Shown here piece by piece: positions 19,420-28,202 of a stretch of DNA of 64,000 nt. The stretch's first letter is position 1, and each line of letters opens with the position of its first letter. Under the pieces are notes generated by a model. That model was not told the DNA's origin. It did no database searches and worked only from the letters and a program-made list of their open reading frames with translations. The translations under genes and the position numbers were made by a program. Source of the stretch: Candidatus Auribacterota bacterium. Lineage in GTDB: Bacteria > Auribacterota > JAFGBW01 > JAFGJP01. The stretch is from positions 161 through 64,160 of the forward strand of contig JAGLFH010000010.1 in assembly GCA_023144635.1 (NCBI GenBank). The letters are read 5' to 3'.

Positions 19420-19674
19420 TCTTCATAAACACAGCCGAAACAAGTTAATATATTTTACTGCAATAGAAGTAATATCAAGATAAAGTTTAATTAATAAATA
19501 CAAGTTTATATAAGTGCTTTTATAATGTATTGGGATATTTAATCGGCTGTGCTTACTAAAGCGAGCCAATTACAGAGCATCTGATGCGTTATCAAATACT
19601 TGCAGTATAAGAATACAGCAGCATATTTGAAGCCTTTCATCTACACTGCACTTGACTCGTGAAACATTTAGACT
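19412..19674 (+). ncRNA. Unclassified structured RNA-like element, copy B (paralog of 18589-18849)
   Basis: Closing helix AGUCUUAAU (19412-20, overlaps the rnhA stop) / AUUUAGACU (19666-74). 5' hairpin CACAGCCGA (19430-38) / UCGGCUGUG (19543-51). 3' helix UCAAAUA (19592-98) / UAUUUGA (19624-30). Shares the loop blocks AAGUAAUAYC, AAAUACAAGUU, GCU(C)UUUUAUAA, CAUCUG..CGUU, GCAGUAU..AUACAGC and CGUGAAACAU with copy A. Confidence 0.6.
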
Positions 19675-19875
19675 AAAATAAAAGCAGTTATAAGCTATAA
19701 GTAGTAAGCTGTAAGAAAAAAACTAAAATAAAAAAACAACACCCTCAACCAAATAACAAATCCTCCCTGTCTCCCAAGCAGAAATCGATGACCTAATAAC
19801 AAGCACTTACATTAACGTGTGCGAGAAGTGATTCAAAAAGGCCTTCACACTTATAAAAATAATATGTTTTAAATG

Positions 19876-20058
19876 CTTGACATAAAACGCACATCTTATC
19901 TAACAAAAATTTTTCTAACTTACCTGAAATCAATAAATATTTGCGGCAAATTGTCAATAAATAAGACACAAAAGTGTAAACGAATACATGTTGTTATTAT
20001 TAATATAATAATAAAAAATAAGCATATATTATACATATTAGGTAAAATATGTTATAAT
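19876..20058 (+). promoter_or_regulatory. Conserved upstream regulatory module plus extended -10 promoter (copy 1 of 2)
   Basis: GCTTGACA...TTTCTAACTTACCTGAAATCAATAAATATTTG...AAATTGTCAAT aligns with 55011-55100. TGTTATAAT extended -10 (TATAAT at 20053-20058) aligns with 55187-55195. Confidence 0.6.
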
Positions 20059-20085
20059 ATATAATTAACATTTTAATATTTGATA

Positions 20086-20152
20086 AATGGGCAATTCAGT
20101 ATTTAACTGGAGCGCAAAGCCACGGGGCAATATGTCAGCCGGGCTGCACATT
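20086..20152 (+). promoter_or_regulatory. c-di-GMP-I (GEMM-I) riboswitch aptamer, copy 1
   Basis: AAUGGGCAAUUCAGUAUUUAACUGGAGCGCAAAGCCACGGGGCAAUAUGUCAGCCGGGCUGCACAUU. It has the GGCAA-hairpin, the CGCAAAGCC junction and the ACGGG..CAGCCGGG..GC second hairpin, as I recall them from GEMM-I (for example Vc2 GGGCAAACC...GACGCAAAGCC). Confidence 0.8.
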
Positions 20153-20174
20153 AAAAACGCAGTTCGGTTTTTTT
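20139..20174 (+). terminator. Intrinsic terminator forming the riboswitch expression platform
   Basis: CCGGGCUGC (20139-47) pairs with GCAGUUCGG (20159-67), 9 bp including 2 G-U, followed by a U7 run (20168-74). The 5' arm is shared with the aptamer 3' strands. Confidence 0.8.
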
Positions 20175-20201
20175 ATAATCTAAAAATAGGTGAGGTTAAT
20201 T

Positions 20202-21056
20202 ATGAAAAAAATATTTGTTTTATTTTTTATGGTATTGGTTTTACTTAGTACTTCTCAAATTTGCTTAGCTCAAGTCAATAATATTAGTATTGATGAAATT
20301 ATTAATGAGATACCTGAGGTCTGGTGGGAAGGTGGATGGAATAAAACATTAGAACTTAATCAGTTTATTAATAATAATCTACAAAATAAACAGCAATGCG
20401 CAAAAGCACAATATTGGATAGCTTGTAATCATTATGCAAATAGAGATTATAAGCGAGCCATAGATGAATTTAACATAGTCTTAGAACAATATTCAGGTTC
20501 TTGGGGTGAATGCGTTAAAGCACAGTTTGAAATAGCTCAAATTTATTTATACAAACTGAAAGAATATGAAAAGGCTTTAACTGCTTATAATAAAGTTCTT
20601 TCTAATTATCCTGACCAAAAAAATCTTCCAGCACAGTCACAAAGGATGATTGCATATACCTATAACAGAATGAAGAATAATGAAAAAGCATATGATGAAT
20701 ATAAAAAAGTATGGGAAAACTATTCTGAATCAAAACTTGAAGTAACAAAAGCATATTGGGAAACAGCAGAAATGATCTCAAGTGGATGCTATAAACAAGA
20801 TTTAACAGAAGAAGAGAAAAAGCAAAAGCTTGAAGGCTCACTTTCTTTATACAAAAAAGCATATATCTATTGTCCTGTAGATGAAGTTGAGGTTATGGAA
20901 TGGATCATTGATTCTGTTGTTAGAACATTTAAATTTTTAGATGGAAATTCAAAAAGAGCAAATGCTTTTATTAATTTTCAAATACAAGATAAAAGCAATA
21001 ATGATTCCTTATTATCAGAAGAATCAGAGATATATGATCCATTAAAAGATTTTTAA
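20202..21056 (+). CDS. Secreted TPR-like repeat protein
   Basis: Signal peptide MKKIFVLFFMVLVLLSTSQICLAQ and TPR-like helical repeats (YKRAIDEFNIVLEQY, YEKALTAYNKVLSNYP). The ATG at 20202 follows an AGGTGAGG RBS. Confidence 0.65.
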   Translation: MKKIFVLFFMVLVLLSTSQICLAQVNNISIDEIINEIPEVWWEGGWNKTLELNQFINNNLQNKQQCAKAQYWIACNHYANRDYKRAIDEFNIVLEQYSGSWGECVKAQFEIAQIYLYKLKEYEKALTAYNKVLSNYPDQKNLPAQSQRMIAYTYNRMKNNEKAYDEYKKVWENYSESKLEVTKAYWETAEMISSGCYKQDLTEEEKKQKLEGSLSLYKKAYIYCPVDEVEVMEWIIDSVVRTFKFLDGNSKRANAFINFQIQDKSNNDSLLSEESEIYDPLKDF

Positions 21057-21071
21057 TATACGGAGATTTAA

Positions 21072-21851
21072 ATGAAAATAATAGTAAATAACTTTTTAAT
21101 ACTTGTTTTATCGATTTTCTTTACCTCTCAGGTTTTATTTGCTGAAAATGAACAAAAACCAAAGGTTAGGAAAAATTTCTATAAAGAAAAAATAGCTGCA
21201 TTAAGAGTTGTTGCAAAATTTTCAGAAAAGGAAGGAAATGAGGAAAAAATTAAAGCTAATTATGAAATGTTGGCTAAAACATGTGAAGATGCAATAAATG
21301 ATCCCAATATTTCAGAAAGATTTAAAACAAAAGCAAAGAAATATCTTGCTGAAGCAAAGTTTAAACTGGGATATAAAGATGAAGCTTTGCAGGATTGTGA
21401 AGATATTGCTTATAGCAAAAATCAAAGTGACCGATCTGCGCTAAATCTAAAAGCAACATTTTACAAGAAAATGGGTGATGATTTAGTAAAAGAAAAAAAC
21501 TATGAAGAAGGAATATCAAAATATAAGGATGCAATAGATTTAGATATATCTTCTCAGAAAAAAGCATTCTTTAAAGGTGTAATTGCTACTACATATTTAC
21601 AAATGAATGATTATGACAAAGTAATAGAATGGGATCAAAAAATCCTTGATGAGCACCCTGATGAGATAAATAGCTGTGCATGTGCCTTGATAATTATGGC
21701 TACTGCATACGAATGTAAAAATGATATTGATAAAGCAAAAGAAACATATTTGAGAGTTATAGAAGAATATTCCAGTTCATCATGGGTGGATTGTGCAAAG
21801 GAAAATCTAAAGCTGTTACAAGATGTTGCTGGAGAAAAGAATGTTGAATAA
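21072..21851 (+). CDS. Secreted TPR-like repeat protein
   Basis: Signal peptide (ILVLSIFFTSQVLFA) and TPR-like repeats (YEEGISKYKDAIDL, DKAKETYLRVIEEY). Confidence 0.6.
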   Translation: MKIIVNNFLILVLSIFFTSQVLFAENEQKPKVRKNFYKEKIAALRVVAKFSEKEGNEEKIKANYEMLAKTCEDAINDPNISERFKTKAKKYLAEAKFKLGYKDEALQDCEDIAYSKNQSDRSALNLKATFYKKMGDDLVKEKNYEEGISKYKDAIDLDISSQKKAFFKGVIATTYLQMNDYDKVIEWDQKILDEHPDEINSCACALIIMATAYECKNDIDKAKETYLRVIEEYSSSSWVDCAKENLKLLQDVAGEKNVE

Positions 21852-23409
21852 AAAGAAATGGTTATTTGTTCTTATACTGACTTTCTGCAGTTTTTTAATG
21901 TCGGCTCAGGATTGTTTGTCTTGTCTTAATATAGGATGGTCTATAAAGGATGGCAGCTATCCGATTCCTGCAGATGGAAGAACATATGATTTCACAATAA
22001 AGGCATATGCATGGGACATGTTTAAAGATGAGCCCGTGAAGCATACGTTTAATTTCGGTATACAAAATCCGACGAATAATATTATTACTGTTTCTCCAAG
22101 TTCATTAACTTTTACTGGAAAGGGCAGTGCGTATATTAGGATTGTGACGAAAAAAGGTTCAGCTGGAAAGTTTGTTCTTTCTGAAGGAGAAGGTGGTCAA
22201 GTATTATTTACAGTATTTAAAGGCGAAATAGTAAAGGAAGAGCCTAAACATGCGGCCTTAGATGATAAAGGTAGATTAGCTCATGATTTTAAAATTGAAT
22301 ATAAAATTATTCCTGATGATTATATTGCTGAAACAGTAGAAGTAGAAATATTGAAAAATGAAGCTGTAATATCCACGTTAAAAGGATCTTCAAAAAGTTC
22401 AGATGGGGAAGCTGTTTTAACAAAAGGCACTGCTTTATCTCCTGGAAAATATCAGGCCCGGTTAGTTCTTAATAAAGGCAATGACAAAATTAAATATGTA
22501 TCTGAAGTATATGATTTTTATGTTTTTCAAGTTAAACTAAAAAAGGTTAAGTCAAGAAAATCATTTTTAGATAGGGATAAAAGAACAAAAAGTGATTTTG
22601 TTGTACAATATCAAATATTGCCAGAAGAATATGTAGCCAAAACTATCGAAGTTGATATTATAGAAAATAATAATAACATAATTTATACACTCAAAGGATC
22701 TAATTTATCTAAAAAAGGAAAAGCAATATTACCAAAAAGGAATTTTATCGAAAATGATAATAGTAAAGAGTACTCTTTTTGTGTTGTTTTAAATAGAAAG
22801 TCAAAAGAAGAGTTTATAACTGAAAAAAATAAATTTGATGTAATTGGTCCTTGGTTTATAGAAGATATGTCTTTTGGTAATGCTGCGGATGGTTCTAACT
22901 CAAAAGGATTATTGATGATAGATGCAAATGCTGTTCATGAAAGCAGTTATAATCTTTCATTAGATAGAATGCAACTTTTGGCTTATGCTTTTGGAGCAGA
23001 CCTTGGACATATTCCTTTTGGTGGTTCTTGTTGGGCTGAAGCTATGCTTGGAGGCAGTTATGAACAAAATTATAATGTAAAAAAGGTAAAAGTATGGATA
23101 GATGCAATAATTACAGGAGAAGTTAGTTCAAGTGCTGCTATTGTAAAATTTAATATTAGTTCTAGTTTAAATAATTCTGGCTATAAAACTATTTATTCGA
23201 CAGAGAAAGCTGTTTTTTTAGGTTCTAATTATACTATTAATACGATTTATAATAATGTTTCTGCTGGAAAAAACACAATAAGGATTAAATCATTTGGTAA
23301 AGCAACTGCAAATGGTGATGGTAATACAGCAATAACGGAATTTAATGATAAATATAGTTTGGGTAATACTATTAATATTACTAGAATAGTAATTGAGGCT
23401 GAAGAATAA
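21841..23409 (+). CDS. Secreted beta-rich protein with two ~85-aa internal repeats; function unknown
   Basis: Signal peptide MLNKKKWLFVLILTFCSFLMSAQ. Repeats DFKIEYKIIPDDYIAETVEVEILKNEAVISTLKGS and DFVVQYQILPEEYVAKTIEVDIIENNNNIIYTLKGS lie at nt ~22285-22843. The ATG at 21841 is preferred to the track start at 21823. Confidence 0.6.
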   Translation: MLNKKKWLFVLILTFCSFLMSAQDCLSCLNIGWSIKDGSYPIPADGRTYDFTIKAYAWDMFKDEPVKHTFNFGIQNPTNNIITVSPSSLTFTGKGSAYIRIVTKKGSAGKFVLSEGEGGQVLFTVFKGEIVKEEPKHAALDDKGRLAHDFKIEYKIIPDDYIAETVEVEILKNEAVISTLKGSSKSSDGEAVLTKGTALSPGKYQARLVLNKGNDKIKYVSEVYDFYVFQVKLKKVKSRKSFLDRDKRTKSDFVVQYQILPEEYVAKTIEVDIIENNNNIIYTLKGSNLSKKGKAILPKRNFIENDNSKEYSFCVVLNRKSKEEFITEKNKFDVIGPWFIEDMSFGNAADGSNSKGLLMIDANAVHESSYNLSLDRMQLLAYAFGADLGHIPFGGSCWAEAMLGGSYEQNYNVKKVKVWIDAIITGEVSSSAAIVKFNISSSLNNSGYKTIYSTEKAVFLGSNYTINTIYNNVSAGKNTIRIKSFGKATANGDGNTAITEFNDKYSLGNTINITRIVIEAEE

Positions 23410-23428
23410 TTTACATAAGGAGTTTAAA

Positions 23429-23992
23429 GTGAAAAAGTTTTTAAATTTTGTTTTAAATCCACTGTTTCTAGTTATTTTACCGATAAGTATTTATTGTGAT
23501 ACCGATAAACTACAAGAACAAATAGATTTGATAAGTAAAAAAATGATTGCAGCACAAGAAATCGATGATGAAAAAACAATAGAAAATCTAAATAAACAAT
23601 TTGAAAAAATATTAGAAGAAAATCCTGATTTAAAAGATGCTTTCATCAAATTTAATGAAATTTCTAAAGCAATATTGATTCATAAGGAAAAAGCAAACCT
23701 ATTTTTTGAGAACAAAGAATATTCTCTCGCTATTAAAGAATATTATTTAATATTAGAATTGACAAAAGAGAAAAAAAATAATTTTAAAATGCATAGATCA
23801 GAAGCTTTATTAAAAATTGGTAATATTTACTATCTCCTCGGAGAAGAATCTTTTAAATGTATTGATAATGAGAATTTGTTACCTTCTCAATATAATTTAT
23901 TTAAGAAAATGATAAAAAAAATTAAAAGTAATTTTATTAAATCTAAGGTTTTAGATCAGAATAAATCAAAAGAAAGAATTCTATTAAATTAA
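23429..23992 (+). CDS. Small secreted or membrane-anchored TPR-like protein
   Basis: GTG at 23429 follows an AAGGAG RBS. N-terminal hydrophobic segment FLNFVLNPLFLVILPISIYC. TPR-like YSLAIKEYYLILEL. Confidence 0.5.
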   Translation: MKKFLNFVLNPLFLVILPISIYCDTDKLQEQIDLISKKMIAAQEIDDEKTIENLNKQFEKILEENPDLKDAFIKFNEISKAILIHKEKANLFFENKEYSLAIKEYYLILELTKEKKNNFKMHRSEALLKIGNIYYLLGEESFKCIDNENLLPSQYNLFKKMIKKIKSNFIKSKVLDQNKSKERILLN

Positions 23993-24241
23993 TATTTTCT
24001 CCACTTAGCGTTTCTTCGCATCCTTAGCGGCTAAGTTATTTTAAAATGCTTGTTAATAGCCAAAACTAAGAAAGTTTTGCTCTCTTATATTGCCGAAGGC
24101 TCCTTAACTCATCACTCACAACTCAACACCTTTCATGCGAAGCATGAATTATCCGTGCTTTTCCGTGGTTAATTTAAAATAATATCGCACGCAGTGCTCT
24201 TTCTTGCTTGAGTCTTGAGCCTTGTGTTTTGAGTCTGTCTT

Positions 24242-24622
24242 TTACGAAACCTTTTCTTCTTCAAAAAATTTGCGGATTTTGACAAGAAGTTTCTGGGGGA
24301 GAATCGGTTTTGAAAGAAAACCATCAGCACCAAGTTCACGTGCTTTTTCCTGATCTTCTTCCATAGATTTTGCAGAAAGAATTAATATTGGTATGTGCTT
24401 TGTTTCTTCAGATGATTTTAATATTTCTGTTGCCTCTAAACCGTTTACATTGGGCATCATTATATCCATTAAAATGAGGTCTGGCATAAATGTTTTAGCA
24501 GCTTTTATGCCTTCTTTTGTTGTAGTACAAGAAAAGCACTCGAAGCCGTCTTCTTTTAGCTTAAGCTCGAGCATTTTTACTATATATTCTTCATCGTCTA
24601 CAATAAGAATTTTTTTTGACAT
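24242..24622 (-). CDS. Single-domain response regulator (CheY-like receiver)
   Basis: KILIVDDEE, DLILMDIMMP (phospho-Asp region), LSAK..., 126 aa. Confidence 0.85.
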   Translation of the reverse strand: MSKKILIVDDEEYIVKMLELKLKEDGFECFSCTTTKEGIKAAKTFMPDLILMDIMMPNVNGLEATEILKSSEETKHIPILILSAKSMEEDQEKARELGADGFLSKPILPQKLLVKIRKFFEEEKVS

Positions 24623-24689
24623 ATTGACACCCTAGTTTCTAAATTGAAGTATATCACCATGTATTTATAAAATCAAGATAAGAGTCTTT

Positions 24690-26666
24690 TTATATATTTT
24701 TAACAAGCTTAAACCAGAAATTACTGCCTTTATCTACTTCACTTTCAACTCCAATTGTCCCATCATGCATTTCAACAATAGTCTTAGAAATAGCAAGACC
24801 AAGGCCTGTTCCGCCTGTTCTTCTTTTTATGCCTGTACTTATTTGTTTAAATCTTTCAAAAATAGTATCTATATCCTGCGGGTGTATACCAATACCTGAA
24901 TCAGTAACAGATACTTTTATGAATTTATCAGTTGTCTCTCCTTTTATCTTGATTGAACCTTTTTCTTCTGTAAATTTTACTGCATTGCTAAGAAGATTGA
25001 TAAATACCTGATAGATCTTATCTTCATCTGCTACAGCATAAAGTTTTTTAGGAGAATCAATAGTAAAGGCTATGTTCTTGTTTTTAAGCTGGGTTTTTAA
25101 GGTATCTCCGCTTCTAACCATAAGGTCATAAACGTTTATTTTTTTTAGGCTTAATTCAAACTTACCTGATTCTAATTTTGAAATATCTAGAACATCATTT
25201 ATCAGCCTTGCTAATCGTTCTACTTCATCCTTTGCTATTTTAAGGCATCTTTTCTGTGTTTCATTTATTGATCCTACTGTTTCTTCACAAACAAGAGAAA
25301 CAGCTTCTTTTATTGATGAAAGAGGTGTCCGGAGCTCATGACTTACAGTTGAAACGAAATCAGATTTCATATCATCCAGTTCTTTATGCTTTGTGACATC
25401 CTTAAGGATAGCAACAATGCCAAGCATGGCGCCGTCATCACTTTTAACAAGTGAAATAGCTGCATTAATAAAACGCATTCTTGGTTTTTGAATGCTTATT
25501 GCTTTGGTTATGAATTTTTTCTTGCCTTTAGCAGCACGCTTCATCAGATCTATTATCTGAAAATATCTTGCACCGTCTTCTATCGTATTATGTTCCAGGC
25601 GGTCATCGCTGAGATCAAGTATCTTTTTTGCAGAAGGATTTATAATAAGAACTTCTCCATGCATATTGGTCATAATTACACCGTCAGCCATGCTTTTTAC
25701 CATCATATCCATTTTTGTGGTTTCTTTCTTTATCAATTGCTGTATGTTTGTTATCACATTTGATACATGATTTACAATGGTTTGGAAAAGCTTAAGCTCT
25801 CCATCTGTAAAAGTATGATTTGAGGGAATAGAAAAATTAAGTATGCCTTTAAGAGTGCCCTTATAAATAATAGGAAAATTTGAAGACACTAAATTTGCAT
25901 CGTTATCATTAGGTAACGATACAAGATGTTTAGCATCAACATTACAACTGGTTAACAATATATCTTCTCTTTTTATTTTATAATTAATCATTGGGTGCAG
26001 TGCGTTAAAAATATCCTGAAGTATCTTTTCAAGAGATTTTTCCTTGTTTTTTGGAATACTGGTAAAAAGGTAGTTTTTGTTTTCAACAAATAAAAGCATT
26101 GATATGGAATACAAACGTGATGCTTTTGTCAGTGAAGAAAATATAGTTAAGAAAAGGTTTTCAAAATCTGTTACATATCCCATTGAATTGCTTAGTTCAT
26201 AAAGTATTGAAAGTTCATTTGTTCTTTTTTCAAGCTGAAATTTTGCATCCTCAAGTATTTGAGACTGTCGTTTTAACTTCCATGTGGATATATCCATCTC
26301 CTCAAGTATTTTAAGAGCCGTAAGTTCGTGTTTCTGTAATTCATAATTACGCTTTTCCAGTTCCTTATTTTTAGCAGTTAAAAGTTGGGTCATTGCTTCA
26401 AGTTCTTTTGTCTTATTTTCTATCTCTGCTTGAGTTTTTTCTTCATTATCATGTAAAGAATCTTCAATGAAATCCTTATGTTCATAAAGTGATAGGTAAG
26501 AGAGAAATAAAAAAGCTAATAAGATAAAAGAAATAATTCTTATAAAAACAAATTCATGAAGAAATAGAATAAGAATAAAAAGGATTATGCTGGAGACAAT
26601 AATGGCTTTAATTGGCTTTTTGTCACTTTTGAATAACTTATCATTAATAAAAGAAAATATTTTCAT
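24690..26666 (-). CDS. Membrane-anchored PAS sensor histidine kinase
   Basis: N-terminal TM segments, coiled coil, PAS-like region, canonical H-box FVSTVSHELRTPL, and HATPase N/G boxes (NLLSNAVKF, DSGIGI, GGTGLGLAI). Confidence 0.85.
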   Translation of the reverse strand: MKIFSFINDKLFKSDKKPIKAIIVSSIILFILILFLHEFVFIRIISFILLAFLFLSYLSLYEHKDFIEDSLHDNEEKTQAEIENKTKELEAMTQLLTAKNKELEKRNYELQKHELTALKILEEMDISTWKLKRQSQILEDAKFQLEKRTNELSILYELSNSMGYVTDFENLFLTIFSSLTKASRLYSISMLLFVENKNYLFTSIPKNKEKSLEKILQDIFNALHPMINYKIKREDILLTSCNVDAKHLVSLPNDNDANLVSSNFPIIYKGTLKGILNFSIPSNHTFTDGELKLFQTIVNHVSNVITNIQQLIKKETTKMDMMVKSMADGVIMTNMHGEVLIINPSAKKILDLSDDRLEHNTIEDGARYFQIIDLMKRAAKGKKKFITKAISIQKPRMRFINAAISLVKSDDGAMLGIVAILKDVTKHKELDDMKSDFVSTVSHELRTPLSSIKEAVSLVCEETVGSINETQKRCLKIAKDEVERLARLINDVLDISKLESGKFELSLKKINVYDLMVRSGDTLKTQLKNKNIAFTIDSPKKLYAVADEDKIYQVFINLLSNAVKFTEEKGSIKIKGETTDKFIKVSVTDSGIGIHPQDIDTIFERFKQISTGIKRRTGGTGLGLAISKTIVEMHDGTIGVESEVDKGSNFWFKLVKNI

Positions 26667-26669
26667 TTT

Positions 26670-28202
26670 TTAATTCTTTTTTGGGAAGAATAGTGATATT
26701 GATGTTCCGATCCCAGGAGTACTTTTTGCTTCAATAATGCCCTGATGAAGCTCTATTAACATATTTGCTATTACCATGTTGAATCCGAATTCTCCTCCTT
26801 TTTTTCTTAAACGGGCATCTACTTTTATTTCTTTGCTAAAGAGAAGTTTTAACTCATCTTTATCCATACCTACGCCGGTATCTCGTATAACAACATTTGC
26901 CCATTCTTTACCATCTTTTGGAGAAGTCGATATTTCAACAAAAATACTTCCATCTTTTTTATTAAATTTTACTGCATTTGAAAATATATTTGTAAATACT
27001 TCTATGAGTTTTTCTCTATCACCATAAATAATCAGATCTTTTGAAAGAGTCTTAATTTCAAATTTAATATTCTTCAGCTCTGCAATTTTTTTGTTTCTTT
27101 CATAAGCAGAATCAATGATCTTACTCAATCCGATGTCTTCAAGATTAAGGACATTGGCAGAAAATTCCATTTCAGAAATATTTATCATATTATCAGTGAA
27201 GCGGACAAGTCGGTTTATGTCATCTTCTACAATCTTTAAAACTGAACCTTGCATTTTGTTAAGAGGCTCTGGTGACTCATTCAGAATAAAAAGTATTGCT
27301 TCTTTTGCTGATGTCAAAGGATTGCGGATTTCCTGAACAACATTATAAAAATAATCCGCTTTCATTTTTTCTATCTCTTTTAAGTAGGTTATATCTCTAA
27401 AGAAAATTACTATCGTTTCAGTTTCATTCTTAAAATTTTTTATAAGTGAAAAATCTATAAGTAAATTATGTGTTTTATCTGTTGAACGATATGTTATTTC
27501 CTTTTCTAAAAGGTTCTCTGCGCTTCCAATAGATATTAATTCTTCAAAAGATAAAAACTCTTTAAAAGGTAACAAATCCTTTAGTTTGATATTAGCAGCT
27601 TTACTACTATCTAAACCAAAAAGGGTCATACCGTAGTTATTGATCTCTTTTACAGTATTTGTAATATCTATGCTTATAATAGCTTCATTAATATTTTTTA
27701 AAATCGATTCCAGCTCTATTTTGCGAAGAGTAGACTGCATTAGTTCATTATCAAGAAGGTGGCTTATTTTAATAAGGATCTTTTTTTCTGATATTTCTTC
27801 ATTCTTTACAGGTTTGTTCTTATCAATAGGCTTAAACTTTTTTAAAAGAGATGCTATTGATTCAGATAGAGGATCAATATCTGCTGACTTTACTATATAA
27901 CTGTCTGCTCCCACTTCTTTTCCCCAGAATTTACTTATAGGTTTTTTTTCACCTGTTAGAATAATAATAGGGATATGAGATGTAAGAGGATCATTTTTTA
28001 ATAACCGGCATGCCTGAAAACCGTTAATACCCGGCATCTCAATATCTAGAATTATAAGGTCAGGAAAATGCGTAAATGCCTTAATAAGTCCTGCTATACC
28101 GTCATTAGCAGTTAGAAGGTCATGCCCCATGTCAGTTATGACATGTCCGACAATATTTCTAATTATAGGGCTGTCATCAGCTATTAGAATTGTTGCTTTC
28201 AT
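26670..28202 (-). CDS. REC-PAS-histidine-kinase-like protein with a degenerate H-box (His replaced by Gln)
   Basis: Receiver ILIADDS...LIILDIEMPG. The H-box position reads NVVQEIRNPL, with Gln at codon 290 (nt 27333-27335, CAG on the minus strand). The G2 box is degenerate (GGEFGFNM). Confidence 0.75.
   Translation of the reverse strand: MKATILIADDSPIIRNIVGHVITDMGHDLLTANDGIAGLIKAFTHFPDLIILDIEMPGINGFQACRLLKNDPLTSHIPIIILTGEKKPISKFWGKEVGADSYIVKSADIDPLSESIASLLKKFKPIDKNKPVKNEEISEKKILIKISHLLDNELMQSTLRKIELESILKNINEAIISIDITNTVKEINNYGMTLFGLDSSKAANIKLKDLLPFKEFLSFEELISIGSAENLLEKEITYRSTDKTHNLLIDFSLIKNFKNETETIVIFFRDITYLKEIEKMKADYFYNVVQEIRNPLTSAKEAILFILNESPEPLNKMQGSVLKIVEDDINRLVRFTDNMINISEMEFSANVLNLEDIGLSKIIDSAYERNKKIAELKNIKFEIKTLSKDLIIYGDREKLIEVFTNIFSNAVKFNKKDGSIFVEISTSPKDGKEWANVVIRDTGVGMDKDELKLLFSKEIKVDARLRKKGGEFGFNMVIANMLIELHQGIIEAKSTPGIGTSISLFFPKKN

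Noticed and set aside
18589-19674. Whether elements A/B are RNase P RNA, 6S RNA, tmRNA, SRP RNA, a T-box, or a retron msr/msd
   Set aside because: There is no GAGGAAAGUCC / ACAGAA..GGCUUA (RNase P). The fold is not a single long bulged hairpin (6S). There are no tRNA-like ends or tag ORF (tmRNA), no GGAAGGAAGCAGC-like domain IV (SRP) and no T-box sequence. The closing a1/a2-like helix resembles retron ncRNAs, but no reverse transcriptase gene is nearby. They remain unclassified rather than assigned.
19685-19715. Possible CRISPR-like or tandem array from the phased TAAG words (also 48763, 54841, 60252)
   Set aside because: The units are only 6-8 nt and degenerate, with no spacer-repeat periodicity of 25-40 nt and no cas genes. 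This is a dispersed repeat module, not a CRISPR array.
19873-20064. 63-aa ORF upstream of the first riboswitch
   Set aside because: It coincides exactly with the conserved promoter/regulatory module shared with 55011-55195. The second copy is not open in the same frame, so conservation is at the DNA level.
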